Source of the DNA: an uncultured Gammaproteobacteria bacterium
Lineage (GTDB): Bacteria; Patescibacteriota; Microgenomatia; Daviesbacterales; UBA10151
Length of the DNA: 64,000 nt
Reading direction: 5' to 3'
Assembly (NCBI GenBank): GCA_964625535.1
Contig: CAZVEX010000002.1
Coordinates: forward strand, 85,559 to 149,558
Part shown: positions 39,696-48,217 of the stretch, piece after piece
Layout of the letters: each line of letters begins with the position of its first letter
How positions within the stretch are numbered: position 1 is the stretch's first letter
The notes under the pieces: model-generated
Told to the model about the DNA's origin: nothing
Seen by the model: the letters and a program-made list of their open reading frames with translations, nothing else
Databases searched by the model: none
Program-made: the position numbers and the translations under genes

Positions 39696-41513
39696 ATGTC
39701 TACCCTCTTAGATGACTTAAATTCAGAGCAACAAAAAGCAGTGAAGGCCACTGAAGGACCGGTTTTAATTTTGGCCGGGGCAGGATCCGGCAAAACCAGA
39801 GTTCTGACATATCGAGTGGCTTATTTAATCCAGGAAAAGAAGATTCCCCCGGAAAATATTTTGGTTTTGACCTTCACCAATAAAGCCTCCGGAGAAATGA
39901 TTGAACGAATCAAAAAGTTAATTGGCCAACTCCCCACCCAACCAGTGATGGGAACATTTCATTCATTTTGTGCAAAACTTTTAAGAAGAGAGGGCAAAGC
40001 ACTGGGTTTTCCTCCCGGCTTTGCCATTTACGATGAAGGTGATTCTTTAGATGCCATTAAAGAGGCCATGGCCAATTTAGCAATTCCCACTCAAAAAACA
40101 AGTCCTGTGGCAGTCCTCTCCACCATCTCCGGAGCCAAAAATGAGTTGATATCTACCATGGAATACCCCCAGTATGCGAGGGGATTTTTCCAGGAACAAG
40201 TTGCCAAAATCTATTTGGAGTACCAAAAAGTACTAGAAAAAAATCACGCCCTTGACTTTGATGATTTGCTATTACAAACAATTAAGCTCTTCAAAGTTGA
40301 CCCAACAATTTTAACCCGCTACCAAGTACAGTTTCGCTATATTTTAATTGATGAATATCAGGATACCAATCCGGCCCAATATTTAATCAGTAAGTATTTA
40401 GCTAACCGCCACAAAAATATCTGTGTGGTTGGCGATGCGAGCCAGTCCATTTATTCCTTCAGAGGAGCTGATTTTAGAAACATAGTTAATTTTCAGAAAG
40501 ATTATCCGGGAGCTAAAGTATTTAATCTGGAACAAAACTACCGCTCCAGCCAGATTATTCTGGATGCAGCACATAGTGTTATTTCCAAAAATACCACCCA
40601 CCCTATTTTAAAACTCTGGACCCAAAAACGGGGTGGGGAAAAAATTGAAATTTATGAGGCCGGAAATGAAATAGATGAAGCTGGTTTTATTATTTCCAAA
40701 CTGGAACCGCCACTTTCAAATTATGTGGTTTTATACCGCACCAATGCTCAATCCCGCTTGCTGGAAGAACAATTTTTAAAATCAGGGGTTCCCTATAGAC
40801 TGGTTGGTGGAGTAAGTTTTTATGAAAGAAAAGAGATTAAAGATGTACTCGCATACTTGCGACTCCTGCAAAATCCCAAAGATTCGGTGTCCTTAAAGCG
40901 AGCGGAAAAAATCGGCAAAGGCAGACTGTCCAAAGTTATGGAGTTTTACGGCGAAATCTACTCCCAATTAGACAAATACATCGTATTAGACCTATTAGAC
41001 CAAATCTTGGCTCGGACAGGCTATTTAACCTATCTTGATGATGGCAGCGAGGAGGGCAAGGGACGGATAGAAAATGTTAAAGAACTGCGAAGCGTAGCGG
41101 AGCAGTTTCCTAACTTAACTGATTTTTTAGAAAATGTAGCTTTAGTGGAAAATGGATATGATAAAAAAGAGGTCGGCGAGGCAGTTACCCTGATGACTCT
41201 GCACAACGCCAAAGGTTTGGAATTCCCGGTGGTTTTTATAGTGGGCATGGAAGAAGGTTTATTCCCCCATTCCAGGTCTATGCTTTCCCCCCATGAACTT
41301 GAAGAAGAAAGAAGACTTTGTTATGTGGGGATAACCCGGGCCATGCGAAAGCTTTATTTAACTTATGCTAGGCAAAGGTTATATTTTGGCCAAAGAAGTC
41401 ATAATTTAGTTTCCAGGTTTTTGGCCGATATTCCGGAAGATTTAATAATTACCAATAGCCAGTTTCAAGATAGTGAAGATTTTACAAAAGAAGATAACTG
41501 GTTAAATATCTAA
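39696..41513 (+). CDS. pcrA: UvrD/PcrA DNA helicase
   Basis: AGAGSGKT, TFTNKA, DEYQDTN, VGDASQSIYSFRGA, LEQNYRS, KGLEF, EERRLCYVGITRA. Confidence 0.95.
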   Translation: MSTLLDDLNSEQQKAVKATEGPVLILAGAGSGKTRVLTYRVAYLIQEKKIPPENILVLTFTNKASGEMIERIKKLIGQLPTQPVMGTFHSFCAKLLRREGKALGFPPGFAIYDEGDSLDAIKEAMANLAIPTQKTSPVAVLSTISGAKNELISTMEYPQYARGFFQEQVAKIYLEYQKVLEKNHALDFDDLLLQTIKLFKVDPTILTRYQVQFRYILIDEYQDTNPAQYLISKYLANRHKNICVVGDASQSIYSFRGADFRNIVNFQKDYPGAKVFNLEQNYRSSQIILDAAHSVISKNTTHPILKLWTQKRGGEKIEIYEAGNEIDEAGFIISKLEPPLSNYVVLYRTNAQSRLLEEQFLKSGVPYRLVGGVSFYERKEIKDVLAYLRLLQNPKDSVSLKRAEKIGKGRLSKVMEFYGEIYSQLDKYIVLDLLDQILARTGYLTYLDDGSEEGKGRIENVKELRSVAEQFPNLTDFLENVALVENGYDKKEVGEAVTLMTLHNAKGLEFPVVFIVGMEEGLFPHSRSMLSPHELEEERRLCYVGITRAMRKLYLTYARQRLYFGQRSHNLVSRFLADIPEDLIITNSQFQDSEDFTKEDNWLNI

Positions 41514-41514
41514 C

Positions 41515-42204
41515 ATGGAGCGTTATCTTGGTGCACTATTAATTTTCGGATTAATCTTTTTTTCCAGAAGTTTTCTGACAGATCAGCCTGTTTTAATTGA
41601 ATCTCAAGAACCACCTCAAGTTTTATCAGCTTCCCAGCCGGTAGTAACCCAGTCACGTTTTACTTCTAAATTGGAAGAACAAACTGAAAGTATTTCCAAA
41701 AAAGTAGTTTATCAGGATGACCCGGAAACCGAGGCCGGAGAAGATAAAATTTTAGAAGAAGGTAAGGATGGGAAAAAAGTTAAAATTATTAAAATAACTT
41801 TTTTTGAAGGAGAAGAATATTCCCGGGAAATAGTCTCTGTAGAAACTACACTACCCAAAGATAAAAAGATCTTGCGGGGAACAAAAATTGTCTGGAAAAC
41901 CCTTTCAACTGCAGATGGGGAAATTAAATACTGGAAGAAAATGCGGGTTTATGCCACACATTATGATTCCCGCTGTCCAGGTTGTAATGAATGGACTGCC
42001 ATTGGCATGAGGGCCGGAAAGGGGATAATTGCCGTTGATCCCAAAGTTATTCTACTCCGATCAAAAGTTTATATTCCGGGCTATGGTCTAGCTGTAGCAG
42101 GAGATACAGGAGGAACAATCAAGGGAAATATTATAGATTTAGGTTTTGACGATGCCAGAACAGCCGGGTGGTCAGCAAGATTTGTTGATATATATTTACT
42201 ATAA
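41515..42204 (+). CDS. G5 plus 3D domain cell-wall protein (YabE-like)
   Basis: G5-like EGKDGKK segment, ATHY, IIAVDPKVI, AVAGDTGG, IIDL. Confidence 0.88.
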   Translation: MERYLGALLIFGLIFFSRSFLTDQPVLIESQEPPQVLSASQPVVTQSRFTSKLEEQTESISKKVVYQDDPETEAGEDKILEEGKDGKKVKIIKITFFEGEEYSREIVSVETTLPKDKKILRGTKIVWKTLSTADGEIKYWKKMRVYATHYDSRCPGCNEWTAIGMRAGKGIIAVDPKVILLRSKVYIPGYGLAVAGDTGGTIKGNIIDLGFDDARTAGWSARFVDIYLL

Positions 42205-42822
42205 AAAATTAAATTTAGTAATAATTTCTTCACCTACTTCTCCAATTACCCTAAATAAATACATTTTCCCATCCTTTGGCACATAAATAAACTTGGGTTT
42301 GCCTTCTCTATAATCAATTATTCCACTCTTGCCCATTTGTCCGGAGACTGTGGCTTCATCTTTTGGAGCCAAAATAATTTTACCTGTGTATGTAAAATCA
42401 CCCCAGATAAAAGGATAATACCAATATTGATGGTGCCAATTATCAATTGTTAAATTCTCCGGATTATCAAAAACCCATAAAGTAAAAGGATTTGTCTCAA
42501 AGTTATTTTCTTTACTTAAAACTACCACTGCCCCTGAAAATTTTCCCGGTTCATACCCTACGTATCCCTTAAAATTTTTCCTAAAAGTTCCCTTTCCTCT
42601 TTTGTCAAACTCTTCCTCAGAATCCTCCTGGGCTGTGAAATCTTTTGAGTATTGCATTTCAAAACCTAATTTTTCATTTTTGTAAATTGGTGAAATTTCA
42701 GTTTGAAGAACCGGCTTAACTGGAGTATTCTTAGAATTTGGTAAATTAAAATACACAACTAGTCCTGCTACTGCTAGAACCAGCAGCAACAAAACAGGAA
42801 CAGTAGCAAAACCTTTTTGCAT
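42199..42822 (-). CDS. Exported protein with prepilin-like N-terminus
   Basis: MQKGF followed by a hydrophobic helix; YKNEKLGFEMQY motif. Confidence 0.65.
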   Translation of the reverse strand: MQKGFATVPVLLLLVLAVAGLVVYFNLPNSKNTPVKPVLQTEISPIYKNEKLGFEMQYSKDFTAQEDSEEEFDKRGKGTFRKNFKGYVGYEPGKFSGAVVVLSKENNFETNPFTLWVFDNPENLTIDNWHHQYWYYPFIWGDFTYTGKIILAPKDEATVSGQMGKSGIIDYREGKPKFIYVPKDGKMYLFRVIGEVGEEIITKFNFL

Positions 42823-42858
42823 ATTTACATTATATACTGCCTCTGCTATGATCGACAA

Positions 42859-43491
42859 ATGGCAAAAAAAACTCCTTATAGTTTTGTCAATAACCTGCTA
42901 AGTAAACTGGCTTCTTTAAAGAATTTTCATTCATCCAAAAAATTTTATGTTGTTTTGGTAATTTTGGCATTGGTCCTTTTGGCAACATATAAAAAGAGTT
43001 GGTTTGTGGCAGCCTTGGTTAATGGTTCTCCTGTTACCAATTTGGGATTACAAATGAAACTAAACGAGCAGTTTCGCACTCAAACTTTAAATCAACTTAT
43101 CAATGAAAAAATCATTCTGGATGAAGCCGGAAAAAATAATGCCTTGGCAACAGGTGAGGAAATTAACAAAAAGATCCAAGAGATTGAAAATTCATTAGGA
43201 GGAGCAAAAGCCATGAATGAAATACTTGCTTCTCAAGGGCAAGACAGAAATTCCATAAAGAATCAGATCAAGTTACAACTTTCCATTGAAAAGCTTTACT
43301 TAAAAGAGGCAACAGTTTCGGCGCAGGATTTAGATAAATTTTTAGAAGCCAACAGAGACCAGCTGCAAGCTACTGATTCTGCCCAGCAAATTCAAGAGGC
43401 GGAAAACTTACTAAAACAGCAAAAACTTTCTCAAATTTTTAACGAAAAATTCCAAACCCTTCGCCAAAACGCCAAAATAACCATCTTCTAG
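42859..43491 (+). CDS. SurA/PrsA N-terminal-domain chaperone-like protein
   Basis: TM helix, AALVNGSPVT, TLNQLINEKII, C-terminal LRQNAKITIF. Confidence 0.78.
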   Translation: MAKKTPYSFVNNLLSKLASLKNFHSSKKFYVVLVILALVLLATYKKSWFVAALVNGSPVTNLGLQMKLNEQFRTQTLNQLINEKIILDEAGKNNALATGEEINKKIQEIENSLGGAKAMNEILASQGQDRNSIKNQIKLQLSIEKLYLKEATVSAQDLDKFLEANRDQLQATDSAQQIQEAENLLKQQKLSQIFNEKFQTLRQNAKITIF

Positions 43492-43503
43492 TATAATAGG
43501 GTC

Positions 43504-44508
43504 ATGAATCTTCGACCCATTACTGATAACCAAAAGGCAAAGTATAATAAATTAGTTTCCCATGTGATGCAAAGCTGGGAATGGGGGGAATTTCGCAAAA
43601 GTTTAGGGGTTCCGATTTTAAGATATGGTTTATATAAAAATGGCAAACTGCAAAAAGCCTTTCATCTGACTTTGCATAAAATTCCTTTTATCATTCAATA
43701 TGTTGGCTATTTGCCAAAAGGTGGGGAACCGGACAAGGATTTGGCAGAAGCCTTGAAAAAAATAGGTAAAGAACAAAACTGCGCATTTATAAAAATAGAG
43801 CCAAATGTTCAGAATTCAGAATTCAGAATTCAGAATTCAGAATTTAAAAAATCACCAAAACCTCTATTCACTAAATATAACTTTATTATTGATTTAACCA
43901 AATCAGAGGAAGAACTTTTACAAAATATGCATCCGAAAACCAGATACAACATCAGGGTTGCCCAAAAGCATGGAGTTAAGGTGGAGGAAAGAACGGATGA
44001 TAAGGCTTTTGAAATTTATCTAAAACTTTATTTTGAAACTACCCGCAGACAAGGGTATCATGGCCATAATAAAGAGTACCACCGCAAAGTCTGGCAAATA
44101 TTAAAAGATGCTAACATGGCCAGGTTATTAATTGCTTTTCATAAAGATGAACCTTTAACCGCCTGGATGTTATTAAACTTTAAAGATACTCTTTATTATC
44201 CTTATGGCGGATCTTCTAAAAATCATCCTGAAGTAATGGCCAATAATCTGGTTGCCTGGGAAGCAATTAAGCTGGGTAAAAAAATGGGTTTAAAAAAATT
44301 TGACATGTGGGGAGCACTGGGACCTAATACTAACGCATCTGATCCGTGGTATGGATTTCATAAGTTTAAGCAAGGATACGGTGGCCGACTCGTAGAATAT
44401 ATTGGCACTTTTGATTTAGTCCTACACTGGCCAATTTACCTAGTATTTACTTTTATCGATAAGTTAATGCCGCTGAAAGTATTTTTATTAAAATGGATCT
44501 CACGCTAA
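43504..44508 (+). CDS. FemABX/MurM family peptidyltransferase
   Basis: HVMQSWEWGEF, IKIEP, KTRYNIRVA, YPYGGS, FKQGYGG. Confidence 0.9.
   Translation: MNLRPITDNQKAKYNKLVSHVMQSWEWGEFRKSLGVPILRYGLYKNGKLQKAFHLTLHKIPFIIQYVGYLPKGGEPDKDLAEALKKIGKEQNCAFIKIEPNVQNSEFRIQNSEFKKSPKPLFTKYNFIIDLTKSEEELLQNMHPKTRYNIRVAQKHGVKVEERTDDKAFEIYLKLYFETTRRQGYHGHNKEYHRKVWQILKDANMARLLIAFHKDEPLTAWMLLNFKDTLYYPYGGSSKNHPEVMANNLVAWEAIKLGKKMGLKKFDMWGALGPNTNASDPWYGFHKFKQGYGGRLVEYIGTFDLVLHWPIYLVFTFIDKLMPLKVFLLKWISR
43808..43842. repeat. Perfect (TTCAGAA)5 tandem repeat in the FemABX gene
   Basis: Five exact copies followed by TTTAAAA, encoding VQNSEFRIQNSEF. Confidence 0.95.
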
Positions 44509-44987
44509 TTATTTCCGGTGGAATTTTAATAGGTTGTCTCATCGGCTTAAGTTGGTTTGCAGGGTCTGATGCTCCATATGTTCCCACCAAAATGGACAAT
44601 ATTAGGAAGGTTTTAAAATTAGCCGGAGTAAGAAAGGGTAAGAAATTTTATGAACTGGGGTCCGGAGATGGAAGGGTAGTTTTGGAGGCAGCCAAACTGG
44701 GAGCAACTGCTATTGGCATAGAACAATCCTGGATCAGAGTTTTATATTCCAGGTATAGAGCAGTAAATTTTAAAAATGCCAAATTCTATCATGGCAATAT
44801 TTTTGCCAAAAATTACGAAGACGGCGATATTATTTATATTTATCTTTTACACAAAGGGGTCAAAAAATTAGAAGCAAAATTAAAAAAAGAATTAAAAAAA
44901 GGTGCTGTTATTATTACTCAAACTTACCATTTCCAAAATTGGGAACCATTAAAAAAGCTAGGTGATTTCTGGTTATACAAACATTAG
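44493..44987 (+). CDS. Membrane-anchored class I SAM-dependent methyltransferase
   Basis: TM helix, APYVPT, ELGSGDGR. Confidence 0.88.
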   Translation: MDLTLIISGGILIGCLIGLSWFAGSDAPYVPTKMDNIRKVLKLAGVRKGKKFYELGSGDGRVVLEAAKLGATAIGIEQSWIRVLYSRYRAVNFKNAKFYHGNIFAKNYEDGDIIYIYLLHKGVKKLEAKLKKELKKGAVIITQTYHFQNWEPLKKLGDFWLYKH

Positions 44988-45595
44988 AAACCTAACTTTT
45001 CACCAACCAAAATGATAGTAATCCTACCTGGCTGTACTTCCTTGTTAATAATTAAAATCTTACCTACATGACTGCCCATCCCATAAGCTTTCTGAGCTCT
45101 TTGATCCTCAAGCGGTAGAGAGTGCTGATAGATTCTGTCCAAACCTTCATCTGTATCTTTGACTATTTTTTGCGTGCCCACAACAAAGATCAACTTCCCC
45201 CCTGTGTAGGCCTCTGTGGCCAGTTGGCTGCCTGTGTTTGATGCAATCAACAAATGGCCGTCTTCTGTCACTGCATGCACGCTCCCCACCACCCAATCTG
45301 GGGCTGCCGCCATTTTTCTCATTTCATTTGCCTCAAGTTTATAATCCATTTTTAATAGCTTCTGTCTGACGGCATCATACTTACCCGATTCGTTAAGTTC
45401 TGCGGCTAAACTAGTTGTATCTAAAGTAACAGAAGTCATAGTCATTACCTCTGCACCTTTTGGAATAAGAGCCAGCACCTCAATTTTGGCATCTTTGGAA
45501 GTCTCAACAAATTTTGCCTCAATACCATTGGCCTTTAAAGCTTCAATTGTCTTGTATACAATTTCTTTATTAGGTAGTTGATCCCATTGACTCAT
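44984..45595 (-). CDS. LUD/lactate-utilization domain protein
   Basis: SVTL, GSVHAVTEDG, ASNTGSQL, VVGTQKIV, ILVGEKLGF. Confidence 0.82.
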   Translation of the reverse strand: MSQWDQLPNKEIVYKTIEALKANGIEAKFVETSKDAKIEVLALIPKGAEVMTMTSVTLDTTSLAAELNESGKYDAVRQKLLKMDYKLEANEMRKMAAAPDWVVGSVHAVTEDGHLLIASNTGSQLATEAYTGGKLIFVVGTQKIVKDTDEGLDRIYQHSLPLEDQRAQKAYGMGSHVGKILIINKEVQPGRITIILVGEKLGF

Positions 45596-45650
45596 GGCAG
45601 TATAATACCCTTAATACTTTATTTTGTAAAGTAGTTACCTTTAGAAAAGT

Positions 45651-45953
45651 ATGGAACATAAAAAATGCGGGGTGGAGAAAACATTAAAAATTGTCGGCAG
45701 CAAATGGACCATGTATATACTCCACAGTTTATTTAACGGAGAAAAACGTTTTGGACAGCTGCAAAAATCATTACCCGGCATCAGTACTAAAACTCTTACA
45801 GCCAGACTTAAAGAACTGGCAAAAGAGAAGATTGTTATCAAGAAAGTTTTTGCTGAAATCCCTTTACATGTTGAATATTCTTTAACAAAAAAGGGCAGAT
45901 CATTGGAAGATATTTTCAAAAAAATGGCCCAATGGGGAAAGTCTCATCGTTAA
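45651..45953 (+). CDS. HxlR family transcriptional regulator
   Basis: CGVEKTLKIVGSKW, RFGQL, ISTKTLTARLKEL, VEYSLT; divergent from the LUD gene. Confidence 0.92.
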   Translation: MEHKKCGVEKTLKIVGSKWTMYILHSLFNGEKRFGQLQKSLPGISTKTLTARLKELAKEKIVIKKVFAEIPLHVEYSLTKKGRSLEDIFKKMAQWGKSHR

Positions 45954-47026
45954 AAGATCATTAACTCTTTGGAGGCATTGGTTATTTGTTTAAGTCCTCT
46001 ATTTTCCAAAACAAACAAGTCTTCAATTCTTACCCCACCCAAATTTTCTAAGTATATTCCCGGCTCTATTGAAAATACCATACCCTCCTTTAATTCTTCT
46101 TTACTTTTATTAGATAAATATGGGTGTTCATGGACTTCCAGACCAATGCCATGACCTAATGAGTGGGGAATATCAGGAAATCCTTTTGATTTGATATATT
46201 CTCTGGCCACTCTATCAACCTCTTTGGCTTTTATCTTTTTACCGGAATTGATCAACTGGATCGCTCTTTTTTGCGCCTCTAAAACCGTTTCATAAATTTT
46301 TCTTTGCTTGGCGGAAGGCTTTCCAAAAAATATAGTCCTTGTCATATCAGAACAATAATTTTCAAAAATTACGCCAAAATCCATTACGATAAATTGATCC
46401 TTTTTAAGTTTGCTTTTTCCTGACTGATGATGGGGAGCAGAGGCATTGGCACCAAAAGCAACAATAGTCCTAAAAGAAACGTCTAGATTCTCCTTTTTAA
46501 TAAGGCTTTCTATTTCAAAGACTAATTGTTTTTCTGAAATTCCTAATTTGATCTTTTTTAAAACTTTCTTAAAAACCTCATCACCTACTTTACATGCTCT
46601 GGCAATTAATTCGATCTCATCTTTATCTTTAATGGATCTTTTTATTTTTAGGTCAAAGTTTTTGAGATTTTTAAATATTTTATTTATTCTTTTATATTCA
46701 TAAACTCTTAAATCATGCTCCTCAATACCAATGGAAGCAGTGCTTTTCCCCAAAATATTTTGTAGAACTTTTTCCGGAGGTTCTCTTCTACTTATTTCTA
46801 TAACCTCAAAGTTTGGAATTTTATTTTTCAGGGATTGGCTGTATATCGAGTGAGTCAAAATATAGTTTCCATTTTTTGTTATCAAAACATATCCGTCTCT
46901 TTCTTCTTTAAAAAAATTAGAATAGCCGGTCAGATATGTAATATTGGAAACGCTAGAAATCAAAACCGCATCCAGTTTTTCTTTTCTTAATTTATTTCGT
47001 AATTTCTGCACTCTTAATTGAAACAT
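45950..47026 (-). CDS. Xaa-Pro aminopeptidase (M24B)
   Basis: YCSDMTRT, HSLGHGIGLEVHE, SIEPGIY, GVRIED. Confidence 0.93.
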   Translation of the reverse strand: MFQLRVQKLRNKLRKEKLDAVLISSVSNITYLTGYSNFFKEERDGYVLITKNGNYILTHSIYSQSLKNKIPNFEVIEISRREPPEKVLQNILGKSTASIGIEEHDLRVYEYKRINKIFKNLKNFDLKIKRSIKDKDEIELIARACKVGDEVFKKVLKKIKLGISEKQLVFEIESLIKKENLDVSFRTIVAFGANASAPHHQSGKSKLKKDQFIVMDFGVIFENYCSDMTRTIFFGKPSAKQRKIYETVLEAQKRAIQLINSGKKIKAKEVDRVAREYIKSKGFPDIPHSLGHGIGLEVHEHPYLSNKSKEELKEGMVFSIEPGIYLENLGGVRIEDLFVLENRGLKQITNASKELMIF

Positions 47027-47068
47027 AAAGCTGATCTTACCAAAAAGTATGATAAAATCCAAAATGCA

Positions 47069-48217
47069 ATGAAGCTACTACATTTTTCCGATCTTCACAT
47101 TGGTATGGAAAATTACGGAAGGTTAGATCCAGAAACCGGGCTTTCCACCAGATTATTGGATTTTTTTGCCGCTTTTGATTTTATAGTGGAAAAGGCAATC
47201 ACCGAAGAGGTAGATGCGGTGCTTTTTGCCGGAGATGCTTATAAAACTCGCGATCCCAACCCCACCCAGCAGCGCGGTTTTGCCGACCGCATTAAAAAAA
47301 TGGCCAAATCAGTGCCGGTGATTTTGGTAGTGGGAAACCATGATACTCCCAATGCCGAGGGCAAAGCCAATACTTTGGATATTTACTCTGCTTTGGAAAT
47401 AGACAATGTCTGGGTTTCCAGGAAACCGGAGCTTTTAGAAATTTCCACTAAATCCGGGCCTTTACAAATTATCACTTTGCCCTGGCTACACAAGAATGAC
47501 TACAAAACAATAGGTGATAAGATTCACTCACTTTATGAAAAAATTACTTCTGACTCCCCTGCCATTTTTTTATCCCATGCAGAGGTGGAAGGAGCATCAT
47601 TCGGATCGGAAAAAGGCATGGCCATCCAAAATGATGTTACAGTGCCCCTGTCCCTTTTAACCGACAGGCGCTTACATTATGTGGCCCTAGGCCATATTCA
47701 CAAACACCAAGTTTTAAGTAAAGATCCGTTAGTAGTTTATTCCGGCTCCCCCCAACGAATTGATTTTGGGGAAGAAAAAGAAGAGAAGGGAATTTGTTTG
47801 GTAGAAATTTCTTCTTTAAAAACTTCCTTTAAATTTATTTCAACTAATGCCAGACAATTCTTAACTATCGAGGTTAATTTAAAACCAACAGATCCAGACC
47901 CTACTCAAACAGTTCTGGCAGAAATAAAAAAACACGAGACAAAAAATAAAATTGTCAAAGTAATAATTAATATCCCGGCAGATTTAAGTGAAGTTTTAAA
48001 AATGGATCAGATTAAAAAATCCCTGGAAAGTGCTAATTTTATTGCCGGCATTTCCCGCAATGTGGAAAGGAAAGAAAGGTTAAAAATTGACGGCCAGGAA
48101 GAAGTGGAACGCTTAAACCCCATAGAAGCTTTGGAAAAATATTTCCTAGCCAAAGGTTATTCCAAAGATCGCCAGAAAGAGCTTACCCAACTGGCCAGCC
48201 AACTTTTAAAACCATGA
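47069..48217 (+). CDS. sbcD: Nuclease SbcD (Mre11-like)
   Basis: HFSDLHIG, AGD, GNHD, ALGHIH, YSGS. Confidence 0.93.
   Translation: MKLLHFSDLHIGMENYGRLDPETGLSTRLLDFFAAFDFIVEKAITEEVDAVLFAGDAYKTRDPNPTQQRGFADRIKKMAKSVPVILVVGNHDTPNAEGKANTLDIYSALEIDNVWVSRKPELLEISTKSGPLQIITLPWLHKNDYKTIGDKIHSLYEKITSDSPAIFLSHAEVEGASFGSEKGMAIQNDVTVPLSLLTDRRLHYVALGHIHKHQVLSKDPLVVYSGSPQRIDFGEEKEEKGICLVEISSLKTSFKFISTNARQFLTIEVNLKPTDPDPTQTVLAEIKKHETKNKIVKVIINIPADLSEVLKMDQIKKSLESANFIAGISRNVERKERLKIDGQEEVERLNPIEALEKYFLAKGYSKDRQKELTQLASQLLKP

Noticed and set aside
24505-41472. Weaker heptamer-like traces in the dnaK tail (about 24505-24528), the grpE start (AAGAAAC twice, about 26790) and the pcrA tail (about 41446-41472)
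   Set aside because: Only 2-3 degenerate units each, which cannot be told from chance without statistics.
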